Shown here piece after piece: positions 29,847 to 39,475 of a DNA stretch of 64,000 nt (positions are counted from its first letter, which is position 1; every line of letters starts with the position of its first letter). The position numbers were made by a program, and so were the translations under genes. The stretch lies in NCBI GenBank assembly GCA_964461305.1, contig CAYWTV010000002.1, forward strand, positions 56,942 to 120,941, written 5' to 3'. The notes under the pieces are model-generated. The model did not search any database. It was not told where the DNA came from and saw only the letters and a list, made by a program, of their open reading frames with translations. The DNA is from an uncultured Peptoniphilaceae bacterium. GTDB taxonomy: Bacteria; Bacillota; Clostridia; Tissierellales; Peptoniphilaceae.

Positions 29847-31562
29847 TTATTTGTTTGAAGAAACTAATACTGTATTAAAGTCAGTATAATTAACAAGTCC
29901 TGGTTTATTGGCAGGATGTCTTTTTACGAATTTCTTAAAAGTATAATCCACTTCTACATTCCCACTATTTCTAGCTTTGGAATTATAAGCTGCAATTTTA
30001 GCTGCATAATTAATAACCGATTCAGGAACAACTTCTCCATCAGTCTTTACAATAACGTGACTTCCAGGTATTCCCTGAACGTGAAACCACATGTCGTCTT
30101 TTTTTGCTATTTTATGAGTTAAAAAATCATTTTCTCGATTGTTTCTACCTAAATAAATTTTAAAGCCATCTTTTTGGTATTCAATATAATCACTAGAAGA
30201 TTCTTTTTTCTTTTTGAGTTTTTGTCTTCTTTTAATATATCCTTGATCGATTAATTCATTTTTAGTATCTTCTAAAGAATCTAGATTTTCTGCCATTGTA
30301 ATATCTAAAATTACAGATTCAAGATAATCTATCTCAGATTTCGTCTCTTCTATTTGAGAATTTAAATAATTCTCTGCGTTTTTTAGCTTATTGTACTTTT
30401 TGTAAAATTTTTGTGCGTTTTGTGGGGCAGAAATTTTTTCATCTAGAGGAATTACTATTTCTTCTAAATTTTCACTATAAAAGTTTTCAACTGTAATTTC
30501 TTTTTGTCCAGGTTCAACTTTGTGAAAATTTGCAGAAAGTAAATCTGCATAAATTCTATACTTTTCTCTATTTTCAGCCTCTAATAAATCTTTTTTTAAA
30601 TTAGAAAGTTTAGATTTATTTTTTGTTAGTTTAGAACTTACTGTCTTTTTTAAAGCTTGGGATTTTTGTCCTATCCTATCGTCTTTGTCTCTTTTTGTAT
30701 AAACTTTATCTAAAAGTTCAGAAGGAGTATCAAAGGAGTGTTTATCCATACCTTCCATAGATTTTAAATACAAAACGTGAAAATCTATAATTTTGTCTCC
30801 ATCTAAATATAAATTATAAGAAAAATCGAAATCTTTTATTTCTTTAACTATATCTTTAAAACTTAAAAGTATTTTTTCTAATTCAAATTCCTCTAAAGAA
30901 GAAATTGGTCTAGAAGAATCTATATCTGCTCTTGAAGAAATTTCTTTACCAATTGTTTTACTAAAACCAGTAAAGTTAGTAAATAAAGTGTTTTCTATAG
31001 ATTTATTAGCTTCAGAATTCAAAATCAAACTTTTAAATTCTTCATCTGAAACATCCAGTGGATTTTTCTTATTTAAATCAGGTAAATATACGTATTTTAA
31101 ATGAGGAAGAATTTCTCTAACTCTACTCATATTGTCATTTACTCTTTTAATAGAATCTATTATTACTTTGTTTTCATCTAACAATATAATATTTGAGTGT
31201 CTTCCCATTATTTCCACAACTAAGGACTTTTCTACTTTTTCACTAAAGTCGTTTCGTCCTTCGAACTTTATTTCTAAAACTCTGTCATTTCCATATTGAA
31301 CTATTTCTTTAACTATAGCTCCAGAAATGTGTTTTCTAAGTACCATTGTAAAAAGTGGTGGGGTTTTCGGATTATTTTTACTTTCACTAGTTAAATACAT
31401 CCTGGGATTGTTCCCAGAAGAAGATATAAGTAATTTGTGTTTTCTAAAATAAAGGATAACCTCATCCTTTTCAACTTGATATATTTTATCTACTCGTAAG
31501 CCTTTTATAGTATTATTCAATTCATTAATTACTGCTCTTGTTACTATTCCATCAAATGCCAT
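29847..31562 (-). CDS. rqcH: NFACT-family ribosome quality control protein RqcH (FbpA/DUF814)
   Basis: MAFDGIVTRAV... NFACT-N domain, coiled-coil middle, and NFACT-R/DUF814 (MWFHVQGIPGSHVIV). ATG at 31562 has the RBS AGGTGA. The ORF-track start 31577 adds 5 aa. Confidence 0.88.
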   Translation of the reverse strand: MAFDGIVTRAVINELNNTIKGLRVDKIYQVEKDEVILYFRKHKLLISSSGNNPRMYLTSESKNNPKTPPLFTMVLRKHISGAIVKEIVQYGNDRVLEIKFEGRNDFSEKVEKSLVVEIMGRHSNIILLDENKVIIDSIKRVNDNMSRVREILPHLKYVYLPDLNKKNPLDVSDEEFKSLILNSEANKSIENTLFTNFTGFSKTIGKEISSRADIDSSRPISSLEEFELEKILLSFKDIVKEIKDFDFSYNLYLDGDKIIDFHVLYLKSMEGMDKHSFDTPSELLDKVYTKRDKDDRIGQKSQALKKTVSSKLTKNKSKLSNLKKDLLEAENREKYRIYADLLSANFHKVEPGQKEITVENFYSENLEEIVIPLDEKISAPQNAQKFYKKYNKLKNAENYLNSQIEETKSEIDYLESVILDITMAENLDSLEDTKNELIDQGYIKRRQKLKKKKESSSDYIEYQKDGFKIYLGRNNRENDFLTHKIAKKDDMWFHVQGIPGSHVIVKTDGEVVPESVINYAAKIAAYNSKARNSGNVEVDYTFKKFVKRHPANKPGLVNYTDFNTVLVSSNK

Positions 31563-31630
31563 TAAATCACCTGTCATAAATTATATCACAATTCAATCTG
31601 TCTTTGGTATAATATTCAGTGGAGGATAAA

Positions 31631-32236
31631 ATGAAAATATATTTAACTAGACATGGACAAACCCAGTGGAATTTAAAAGGACGTATTCAAGGATCCCTAG
31701 ATTCCGATCTAACAGATAAGGGAATTGAAGATGCTTTGAAATTATCAAAAAAATTAGAATCAATTAATTTTGATATTGCTTATACTTCAATCCAAAATAG
31801 AGCCATAGAAACTGCCAAAATAATTTTAAATAACAAAGTTGATATTGTTAAACTTTATGAACTTAACGAAATTGGTGTAGGGAATTGGGAAGGGATGACT
31901 TATGATGATATAATATCTAATTATCCTGAACAATTTGATAAATATAAAAAAAGCCCTCACTTGTATGTTCCAGATAATGGAGGAGAAACTTATCAAGTCT
32001 TTGAAAATAGGGTTAGGAAATTTGTGGAAATATTAAGGGATAATAGTAAAGATAAGAAAAATATCCTAATAGTAACCCATGGCCTTACATATTTAATGTT
32101 ATTAAATATTTTTGAAGGAAAAGAATTACAAAACCTTTCTAAAAGAACTATTCCTTTGGGGACTAGTTTGAGTATAATAGAATATAAAAATGATATATTT
32201 AATATACTAGTAGAAGGAGACAGCAGTCATCTTTAA
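31631..32236 (+). CDS. Histidine phosphatase family protein (phosphoglycerate mutase-like)
   Basis: IYLTRHGQTQWN catalytic RHG motif and a later VTHG. RBS GGAGGA lies before ATG 31631. Confidence 0.88.
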   Translation: MKIYLTRHGQTQWNLKGRIQGSLDSDLTDKGIEDALKLSKKLESINFDIAYTSIQNRAIETAKIILNNKVDIVKLYELNEIGVGNWEGMTYDDIISNYPEQFDKYKKSPHLYVPDNGGETYQVFENRVRKFVEILRDNSKDKKNILIVTHGLTYLMLLNIFEGKELQNLSKRTIPLGTSLSIIEYKNDIFNILVEGDSSHL

Positions 32237-32255
32237 AGAGAAATGGAGTGAGAAA

Positions 32256-34061
32256 ATGGAATTAAAAAGCGTTAAAAGAAACGAAGTAGAAGAAAAATAC
32301 ACTTGGGATTTAACCTATTTGTATAAGAATGAAGAGGATTTTAAGAAAGATATTAAAAATTTGGAAGAAAAGACGAAGACTTTTGTAGATAATTATAAAG
32401 GAAAAATTGACTTTGACAATTTAGAAAATATGATTAGTTCTTATGAAGAAATAGGTACAAATCTACAAAAAATATACAACTATGGAACTTTGCACATAAG
32501 TGTAGAAAGATCTAATCCAAAATACCAAGAATATCAATCACTAGCTTCTAACATAGGCTCTAAAGTATCTGAAGAACTTACTTTTGTTGAAAGTGAGTTA
32601 ATATTATTAGACGAAGATAAATTAAAGGATACTATGGAAAATAACCCTAAGACAAGAGGAATTATCCACAATGTTTTAAGGGCTAAAAAAGATTATTTAG
32701 GTCCTGAAATAGAAAAAGTACTAAGTGCCTTAGGACCGACATTTAATGGACCTTTTTCCATTTATTCTGCAGCAAAACACGCAGATTTAAAATTTGAAGA
32801 TTTCGAAGTAGATGGAAAAAAATATCCTTTGAGTTTAGTTTTATTTGAAAATTATTATGAAGGTATTAGTGATACCAAAGTTAGAAGAAAAGCTTTTGAA
32901 TCCTTTAGTAAACAGTTAAAAGAATACGAAAATACATTTGCTCAAACTTTTTCTGAAAAAGTAAATAATGAAAAAACAATCTCTAAACTTAGAGGTTATG
33001 ATAGTGTAATAGATTATCTTTTATACGAACAAGAAATATCCAGAGATCTTTACAATAGACAAATTGATGTAATAATGGAAAAACTTAGTCCAGTAATGAG
33101 AAAGTACGTTTCTTTAATTAAGAAAACTAATAACTTAGATAAGTTAACTTATGGAGATTTAAAAATATCTCTAGATCCAAATTATACTGAGACTATATCC
33201 ATTGAAGAAGCTAAAGAAAAGCTTATAAATGGACTGGAAGTTTTAGGACCTGACTATGTAGATATAGTTAGAAGAGCCTTTGAGGAAAGATGGATAGATT
33301 TTCCTATTAACGATGGTAAATCTAATGGAGCGTTTTGTAGCTCTCCTTATGGACAACACAGTTTTATATTAAACTCTTGGACTGGAAGTTTAGAAGATTT
33401 ATTCGTTCTTGGTCATGAATTAGGTCATGCTGGTCATTTTATGATTTCAGGAAAAAATCAAAATATGACAAACACTAGACCGAGTTTGTATTTTATAGAA
33501 GCACCTTCAACAACAAATGAACTTATAATTGCAAATGACATGTTGACTTGGTCAGATGATAAAGAATTTAAGCGATTTGTATATTCATCTATGATAAGTA
33601 GAACTTATTATCACAATATGGTTACTCATCTTTTAGAAGCTCATTTCCAAAGAAAAGTATACAATAGAGTAGACAGAGAAGAATCTATAAGCGCTCCAGT
33701 ATTAAATGAGTTATTTAATGAAACTTTAAAAGAATTTTGGAAAGATACTGTAGAGTTAACTGAAGGCTCAGAGCTTACTTGGATGAGACAACTACATTAT
33801 TATAAAGGACTATATCCTTATACTTATAGTGCAGGTTTAACTATAGGAACCCAAGTGTCTAAAAGAATTATTAATGAAGGCGAAGCTGCTGTTAAAGATT
33901 GGATAGATACTTTAAAAGCTGGTGGTACTAAAGATGCTATTGGCCTTGCAAAAATGGCTGGAGTTGACATTACTACAGAAAAACCACTTTTAGATACTAT
34001 TTCATATTTATCAGATATAGTAGATGAAATAGAAAAAATCACCATAGAATTGGAACGATAA
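32256..34061 (+). CDS. pepF: Oligoendopeptidase F (M3B)
   Basis: 601 aa with zinc motif HELGHAGH and M3B-type N- and C-terminal regions. Confidence 0.9.
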   Translation: MELKSVKRNEVEEKYTWDLTYLYKNEEDFKKDIKNLEEKTKTFVDNYKGKIDFDNLENMISSYEEIGTNLQKIYNYGTLHISVERSNPKYQEYQSLASNIGSKVSEELTFVESELILLDEDKLKDTMENNPKTRGIIHNVLRAKKDYLGPEIEKVLSALGPTFNGPFSIYSAAKHADLKFEDFEVDGKKYPLSLVLFENYYEGISDTKVRRKAFESFSKQLKEYENTFAQTFSEKVNNEKTISKLRGYDSVIDYLLYEQEISRDLYNRQIDVIMEKLSPVMRKYVSLIKKTNNLDKLTYGDLKISLDPNYTETISIEEAKEKLINGLEVLGPDYVDIVRRAFEERWIDFPINDGKSNGAFCSSPYGQHSFILNSWTGSLEDLFVLGHELGHAGHFMISGKNQNMTNTRPSLYFIEAPSTTNELIIANDMLTWSDDKEFKRFVYSSMISRTYYHNMVTHLLEAHFQRKVYNRVDREESISAPVLNELFNETLKEFWKDTVELTEGSELTWMRQLHYYKGLYPYTYSAGLTIGTQVSKRIINEGEAAVKDWIDTLKAGGTKDAIGLAKMAGVDITTEKPLLDTISYLSDIVDEIEKITIELER

Positions 34062-34161
34062 TAAAATAGGCGTATTAATTTACGCCAATACATAAATTAA
34101 CTATTTTGTAACGCTTTTTATAAAATATAAAAGTATAATGAATCTAGAAGGAGGATTTAAT

Positions 34162-36432
34162 ATGAAAAAACTAGTTTTTTTAATCCTTTTAATATCTTTG
34201 TTCCTTTCAGGTTGTACTGAGGTTACTCAAAGTAGAAATACTAATCTTAACGACGATTCTAAAGAGGTGGAAGTTAATAGTAATTTTAATGGAGAAACTG
34301 AGGAAGCTTTGGATCAACCTAGTGAAGAAGTTGTAGCTGAAGATATAAACCAAGATGTAGCTACTGAGCAAACACAAGATGTTAAATCACAGTATACAGA
34401 TAGCGAATATTTAAATACACAACAAGAAGAGATGGAACTTAGTGAAATAATAACTAAAATGAAGTCGATTTTTAATATTGATGATAGTTATGACGATATT
34501 AGAACAGAAGAGCACACTTCAGAGTCAGGTTTTAAAACTTATAATGTAAATTATAATAACCTAGAGAAAAATGAAAGCTTATGGTATAGTTCAGATTCTT
34601 ATGGAAACTTGATAAACTATGGAAAACATTCTGAATATTTGTACAGTGATGACATTCCTGAAACAATATCAAGATCAGAAGCTCAAGAAATTGTAGGGGA
34701 TTTTTTAGTTAAGCTTTATGGGGATTCATCTAGGGAATATATTATCAATATGCCTAGATCTAACAACTTAGATTCTTATAATTATATTTTTGATATAACT
34801 AGAACTGCTAATGGAGTAAAAGTTCCTTCAGATAGTATAAATATGGAAATTAGCAAAAAAGACGGATCAATAACTTCAATTATGGTTCAAACAAATACAA
34901 ACTATAATTTTGCTGATGAATCCTATTTTGAATCTTTAGAAAATCTAAAATCTGAAGATGAAGCTTTTGAAAAGTTTAAAGAATTTAATATTCTTTACAA
35001 ATCTTTATTAGGTATAGAAAGAGAAAATCCTGGCCTTTATGCAGATTATGAGTACAAGCCCATATATTCTTTTTTACAAAACCAAGTACCTGTTAATGCA
35101 AAAACTCTAGAACCAGAGTATTCTTATAGTACTAGAATAATCACATACAGTGTCGGAGCTTCAGAAGAGATGGCAGCAGATATGAGTCAAGTTGAGCAAG
35201 AACACTTAGATTCTGTAAAAGATCAGCATAATGTTATTGAAGCAGAAGAAAAAGCTAGACAATTATTTGAATTAGGTGATTATAAACTTAGTCAAACTAA
35301 TTTTACTAACTATAATAGAATTAAAGGTTATTTTGTTTGGGAGTTAGTTTTTCAAAAGGATGAAGAATATATCTATATTAAAATTTTAGCTAATGACTTA
35401 TCACTAATAAGTTATCAAACTGGAAACATGGTTATAAGTCAAAACAAAAATGAACCAAATTATAACCCACAATATTTAACAGATGCAAACAACTTTTTAA
35501 CTATAAAAGGTGGATTGCAGCCTAGAGATTTTACCTTAACATCAAGAAGTGTCAATGAACAATATGGACCTATTCATGAATTTAAATATTTTAGAATTTT
35601 CGAAGATGATTTACACATCTATAATGATCAAGTCTATATAACAATAGATAAAGAAACCCAAGAGGTTACAGGTTATTCTAGAATATGGACATTTGTAGAT
35701 GAGGTAGAAAATAAAGAATTCGAAATTTCTCAAAAAGAAGGATATGAAATTTTAAATGAACAACTAAATTTTGATTTAGTTTATAAAAGGGAAAGTACAA
35801 GTGAAAATAGTGAAGTAAAATTATTCTATGAACTTAGCCCTATAAATATTTCTAATTTTGCAAATGACATTTTACTTGATGGAACTACTGGAAAATTAAT
35901 TGATTTATATGGAAAACCTTTAAATATTCAAAGGAATATAGAATATGATGATATAAATGAAGCAAAAAATCCAGATATTATAAAAACTTTAGCGGAAAAT
36001 GGAATTGGTTTTCCAGGTAGACAATTAAATCCTAAAGAAAAAATAAATCAAGTTGATTTATTTAGAATATTTTTATCTAGCTATAATTATGGAACTGATC
36101 CATTTGATTTAACAGACGATGAAGTTTACCAAACTATTGAGAATATGAATTTATTAGAAATTGAATCTAGACAACCGGACAAGATTTTAACTCATAGGGA
36201 TTATTCACGATATATTTCTAAATTGTTAAATTATAATGATATAGCGAAAATGAATGATATTTTCAAAGACAAATATGATGATATTACAAGTGAAGATTCA
36301 GACTATGGATATTTATTCCTTGGAGATATTAAAGGTTTAATAGAAAGTGAAGATAATAAACTGATGCCGGATAAAGAAATAGACCGAGAAACTGCACTTT
36401 ACTATTTCTATAATTTAAAATTAATTGATTAA
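34162..36432 (+). CDS. Large secreted lipoprotein of unknown function, with two C-terminal SLH-like segments
   Basis: Signal peptide plus lipobox (LISLFLSGC). Acidic low-complexity linker. C-terminal DIIKTLAENGIGFPGRQLNPKEKINQVDLFRIFL resembles an S-layer-homology repeat. RBS GGAGGA lies before ATG 34162. Confidence 0.6.
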   Translation: MKKLVFLILLISLFLSGCTEVTQSRNTNLNDDSKEVEVNSNFNGETEEALDQPSEEVVAEDINQDVATEQTQDVKSQYTDSEYLNTQQEEMELSEIITKMKSIFNIDDSYDDIRTEEHTSESGFKTYNVNYNNLEKNESLWYSSDSYGNLINYGKHSEYLYSDDIPETISRSEAQEIVGDFLVKLYGDSSREYIINMPRSNNLDSYNYIFDITRTANGVKVPSDSINMEISKKDGSITSIMVQTNTNYNFADESYFESLENLKSEDEAFEKFKEFNILYKSLLGIERENPGLYADYEYKPIYSFLQNQVPVNAKTLEPEYSYSTRIITYSVGASEEMAADMSQVEQEHLDSVKDQHNVIEAEEKARQLFELGDYKLSQTNFTNYNRIKGYFVWELVFQKDEEYIYIKILANDLSLISYQTGNMVISQNKNEPNYNPQYLTDANNFLTIKGGLQPRDFTLTSRSVNEQYGPIHEFKYFRIFEDDLHIYNDQVYITIDKETQEVTGYSRIWTFVDEVENKEFEISQKEGYEILNEQLNFDLVYKRESTSENSEVKLFYELSPINISNFANDILLDGTTGKLIDLYGKPLNIQRNIEYDDINEAKNPDIIKTLAENGIGFPGRQLNPKEKINQVDLFRIFLSSYNYGTDPFDLTDDEVYQTIENMNLLEIESRQPDKILTHRDYSRYISKLLNYNDIAKMNDIFKDKYDDITSEDSDYGYLFLGDIKGLIESEDNKLMPDKEIDRETALYYFYNLKLID

Positions 36433-36455
36433 ACTAAATTAATTTTATTAGGGAG

Positions 36456-36487
36456 CCATTGTTACGAATGTAGCAATGGTTTTTTTA
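36456..36487 (+). terminator. Intrinsic terminator after the lipoprotein gene
   Basis: CCATTGTTAC / GTAGCAATGG stem, followed by TTTTTTTT. Confidence 0.8.
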
Positions 36488-36551
36488 TATTTATTAATCG
36501 AATTTATAAAAAAGTGGGTATATATATGAAATACGTAAGAAAGGAAAATAT

Positions 36552-37028
36552 ATGAATATAGAATTTTTTAAAGAATTGTTTAAAAGAACAGGTTATGGAA
36601 TGGTCCAATTAATTAAAGGGATGGTGTTTTCTTCTGTTATAAATTTTGTGATTATTGCTATTGGATTAAAAATAGCTAATGTTCCTTATTATGGACTTAT
36701 TGCATTTGCAATAGCTATTGCAGATTTATTACCTGTATTAGGAGCGGGTATAGTATTAATACCTTGGGCTATTATTTCATTAGTCACTGGAGAGGTCTCT
36801 CAGGCAATCACTTTGGTGATTTTATATGTGATAACATTTTTTGTAAAACAAATCATAGAGCCTATAATATTAGGTAAAAGTATAGGTTTAAAACCATTAT
36901 ATACCTTAGGTATAACTGCTATTTCTATGATTATTTTGTCCCCAGCAGTTGGGGCTATAGTTGGTGCTATTATTTCAGTAGTTGTTGCAGCTTTTTTAAA
37001 TTTAAGAGATAGTAAAAGAGAAAACTAA
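36552..37028 (+). CDS. Half-size AI-2E/YtvI-like membrane protein (corresponds only to the C-terminal half of the family)
   Basis: 158 aa. IADLLPVLGAGIVLIPWAI...KQIIEPIILGKSIGLKPL matches the AI-2E C-terminal core. No N-terminal half lies upstream. Confidence 0.6.
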   Translation: MNIEFFKELFKRTGYGMVQLIKGMVFSSVINFVIIAIGLKIANVPYYGLIAFAIAIADLLPVLGAGIVLIPWAIISLVTGEVSQAITLVILYVITFFVKQIIEPIILGKSIGLKPLYTLGITAISMIILSPAVGAIVGAIISVVVAAFLNLRDSKREN

Positions 37029-37049
37029 TGATATTATAATAAAAGAATC

Positions 37050-37078
37050 TTGACAAAACCCTTTGATTATTGTAATCT
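37050..37078 (+). promoter_or_regulatory. Sigma-A-type promoter of the aspS leader
   Basis: TTGACA (37050-37055), a 17-nt spacer, then TAATCT. Confidence 0.5.
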
Positions 37079-37092
37079 TTATAGGTATAAAA

Positions 37093-37329
37093 CTGTGAAC
37101 AGAAGAGTAAATTATATTGTAAATTTAAGCGAGTCGATTATGGTGTAAGTTCGATATGGAGATATAATTGAAAAACATCTGGGAGTTTCTAACTGAAATT
37201 ATAGTAGGATTAGAAGTTATTTGCACTTTACGCAAAATATAATTAAGTGGATTATCTATTTAGATAATCAATTTGGGTGGTACCGCGAAATTTAAACCTT
37301 CGTCCCTTTGTGGAAATGAAGGTTTTTTT
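37093..37329 (+). promoter_or_regulatory. T-box riboswitch leader; the specifier reads as AAC (Asn)
   Basis: Stem I has a K-turn/GA motif (GTGAACAGAAGAGTA), AG-bulge-like AGCGAG and distal-loop TGGTGTAAG. The specifier-loop 3' strand is GAAAAACA (37170-37177), closed by the CAGA/TCTG helix. The canonical T-box AATTTGGGTGGTACCGCG lies at 37270-37287. The terminator is AAACCTTC...GAAGGTTT plus T7 (37294-37329). Confidence 0.88.
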
Positions 37330-37352
37330 ATATTTAAAAAAGGAGTGAGATT

Positions 37353-39461
37353 GTGAAAAAAGACTATACAAGGAGTCATTATTGTGGAAGAATATCAGAA
37401 TCTGATATAGATACGAGTGTAACTGCAATGGGCTGGGTTCATACTAATAGAGATATGGGCGGAATTATTTTTATAGATTTAAGAGATAAATCTGGTATTT
37501 TGCAAGTGGTTTTTGATTCTAAGGATTTTTCAGAAGAAGAATTTTCTGAAATAGAAGGACTTAGAAATGAATATGTAATAGCAGTTTCAGGAAATATAAG
37601 GGAAAGAGATGAGGAAACTTACAATCCTAAAATTCCAACTGGAACAGTAGAATTAAAAGCAAAAGATTTTAAAGTTTTATCTAAGTCTAAAACTCTTCCA
37701 TTTCCAATAGATGACAATGTGGATGTTAGAGAAGATTTAAGAATGAAACATAGATACTTGGATTTGAGACGTCCAAAAATGTACAAAAACTTCTTACTTC
37801 GTAACAATACTTTAAGAAGTATTAGAAGATTTTTAGAAGATAATGAATTTATGGAAGTGGAAACTCCTATACTAACTAAAAGTACACCAGAAGGAGCTAG
37901 AGATTATCTAGTACCTAGTAGAGTTCACCAAGGAGAATTTTACGCCCTACCTCAGTCTCCCCAAATATTTAAACAATTACTAATGGTATCGGGCTTTGAT
38001 AAATATTACCAAGTTGCCAGATGCTTTAGAGATGAAGATTTAAGGGCAGACAGACAACCTGAGTTTACTCAAATAGATATGGAAACTTCATTTTTATCTC
38101 AAGAAGAAATTCTAAATTATTTAGAAAAATTATTCAAAAACGTATTTAAAGAAGTAATGGGAATAGATTTTAAAGAGCCTTTCCCAAGGATGACCTATCA
38201 AGAAGCAATGGACAATTACGGATCAGATAAACCTGATATTAGATTTGGCCTTAAAATAGTAGATGTAACTGAAGAGATAAGATCATCTAGCTTTAAGGTT
38301 TTCACTGATACTTTAAAATTAGATGATGGAAGTGTTAGAGCTATTAATATTAAAGGTGGTAATGCCTTTACAAGAACTGAAATCGAAGATATGACTGAGT
38401 ATGCTATCTCCCAGGGTGCTAAGGGAATGGCTTGGATTGCAATAGACAATGATGGCAATTTAAGAACTATTTTAACTAAATACTTCTCAGAAGAAGATAT
38501 GACAAAGTTATTAGAAAAAATGGAAGCTAAACCTGGAGATTTAATAATTTTTTCTGCTGATAAATTAGAAGTAGTTTACAAAACATTAGGAAACTTAAGG
38601 CTTTATGTTGGAGATAAATTAGGTCTTAGGAAAAAAGACGACTATAAATTCTTGATGGTAGTAGATTTTCCTCAATTTGAATATTCTGAAGAAGAAGATA
38701 GATACGTAGCTATGCATCATCCTTTTACTATGCCAGTAGAAGAAGACATTCAGTATTTAGAGTCTGATCCATTAAAGGTAAGAGCTCAATCTTACGATGT
38801 GGTACTAAATGGTATAGAGCTTGGAAGTGGTAGTTTAAGAATTTATAGAAGTGATATCCAAGAGAAGATGTTTAAGCTCCTAGGTATTAGCGACGAAGAA
38901 ATTCAAAGACGTTTTGGATTTATTATTGAAGCTTTCCAATACGGTACTCCACCACACGGAGGATTTGCATTTGGTTTAGATAGATTAATAATGTTAATGG
39001 CAAAAGAAGATAGTATCAGGGAAGTAATAGCATTTCCTAAAAATAGAGATGCTCAATGTCTTTTATCAGAAGCTCCAAGTACTGTAGATGATTCTCAACT
39101 TGAAGATTTAGGAATTGGAATAGTTGGAGAAAATGGTTTTATTAAAGAATCTAAATCAGTTAAAGAAGTAGCTACTGAAAAATTAGAAGATATTAAGAGC
39201 TATGCAGATATGTCTATGTTAAATATTGATGAAGTAAATGAAGTTAGATTTAAAACCTATATTAATGACTTTATAGATTTAACAAAAACTTTAAGAGAAC
39301 TTGATTTAACAGAGTATGAGCCTACAGTAAATATTCACCCAGTTGACAATACATTTAGAAAAGATATTGTACAAGAAGAATTTTCAAGGGATGAATTATT
39401 AGGAAGTTCTTATACTGACGAGACAGGACATATATTAGTTCCTCGATTAATTGAAGATTAG
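37353..39461 (+). CDS. aspS: Aspartate--tRNA ligase (bacterial type, likely non-discriminating) with a C-terminal GatC-like domain fused in frame
   Basis: 702 aa. The AspRS body carries motif 2 FRDEDLRADRQPEFTQIDME and motif 3 GGFAFGLDRLIMLM. Residues about 607-702 (nt 39171-39458) align with GatC (LDLTEYEPTVNIHPVDNTFRKD, ETGHILVPRLIED). GTG start with RBS AGGAG. Confidence 0.9.
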   Translation: MKKDYTRSHYCGRISESDIDTSVTAMGWVHTNRDMGGIIFIDLRDKSGILQVVFDSKDFSEEEFSEIEGLRNEYVIAVSGNIRERDEETYNPKIPTGTVELKAKDFKVLSKSKTLPFPIDDNVDVREDLRMKHRYLDLRRPKMYKNFLLRNNTLRSIRRFLEDNEFMEVETPILTKSTPEGARDYLVPSRVHQGEFYALPQSPQIFKQLLMVSGFDKYYQVARCFRDEDLRADRQPEFTQIDMETSFLSQEEILNYLEKLFKNVFKEVMGIDFKEPFPRMTYQEAMDNYGSDKPDIRFGLKIVDVTEEIRSSSFKVFTDTLKLDDGSVRAINIKGGNAFTRTEIEDMTEYAISQGAKGMAWIAIDNDGNLRTILTKYFSEEDMTKLLEKMEAKPGDLIIFSADKLEVVYKTLGNLRLYVGDKLGLRKKDDYKFLMVVDFPQFEYSEEEDRYVAMHHPFTMPVEEDIQYLESDPLKVRAQSYDVVLNGIELGSGSLRIYRSDIQEKMFKLLGISDEEIQRRFGFIIEAFQYGTPPHGGFAFGLDRLIMLMAKEDSIREVIAFPKNRDAQCLLSEAPSTVDDSQLEDLGIGIVGENGFIKESKSVKEVATEKLEDIKSYADMSMLNIDEVNEVRFKTYINDFIDLTKTLRELDLTEYEPTVNIHPVDNTFRKDIVQEEFSRDELLGSSYTDETGHILVPRLIED

Positions 39462-39475
39462 GAAGGAGTATAAAT

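Noticed and set aside
37170-37177. Alternative reading of the T-box specifier as AAA (Lys) or a nearby GAU (Asp)
   Set aside because: AAA would be followed by C rather than the conserved purine, and makes no biological sense for aspS/gat. The GAU at 37161-37163 lies at the base of the Stem I helix (GATATAATT), not in the loop. AAC followed by A next to the closing helix fits best, but needs covariance-model confirmation.
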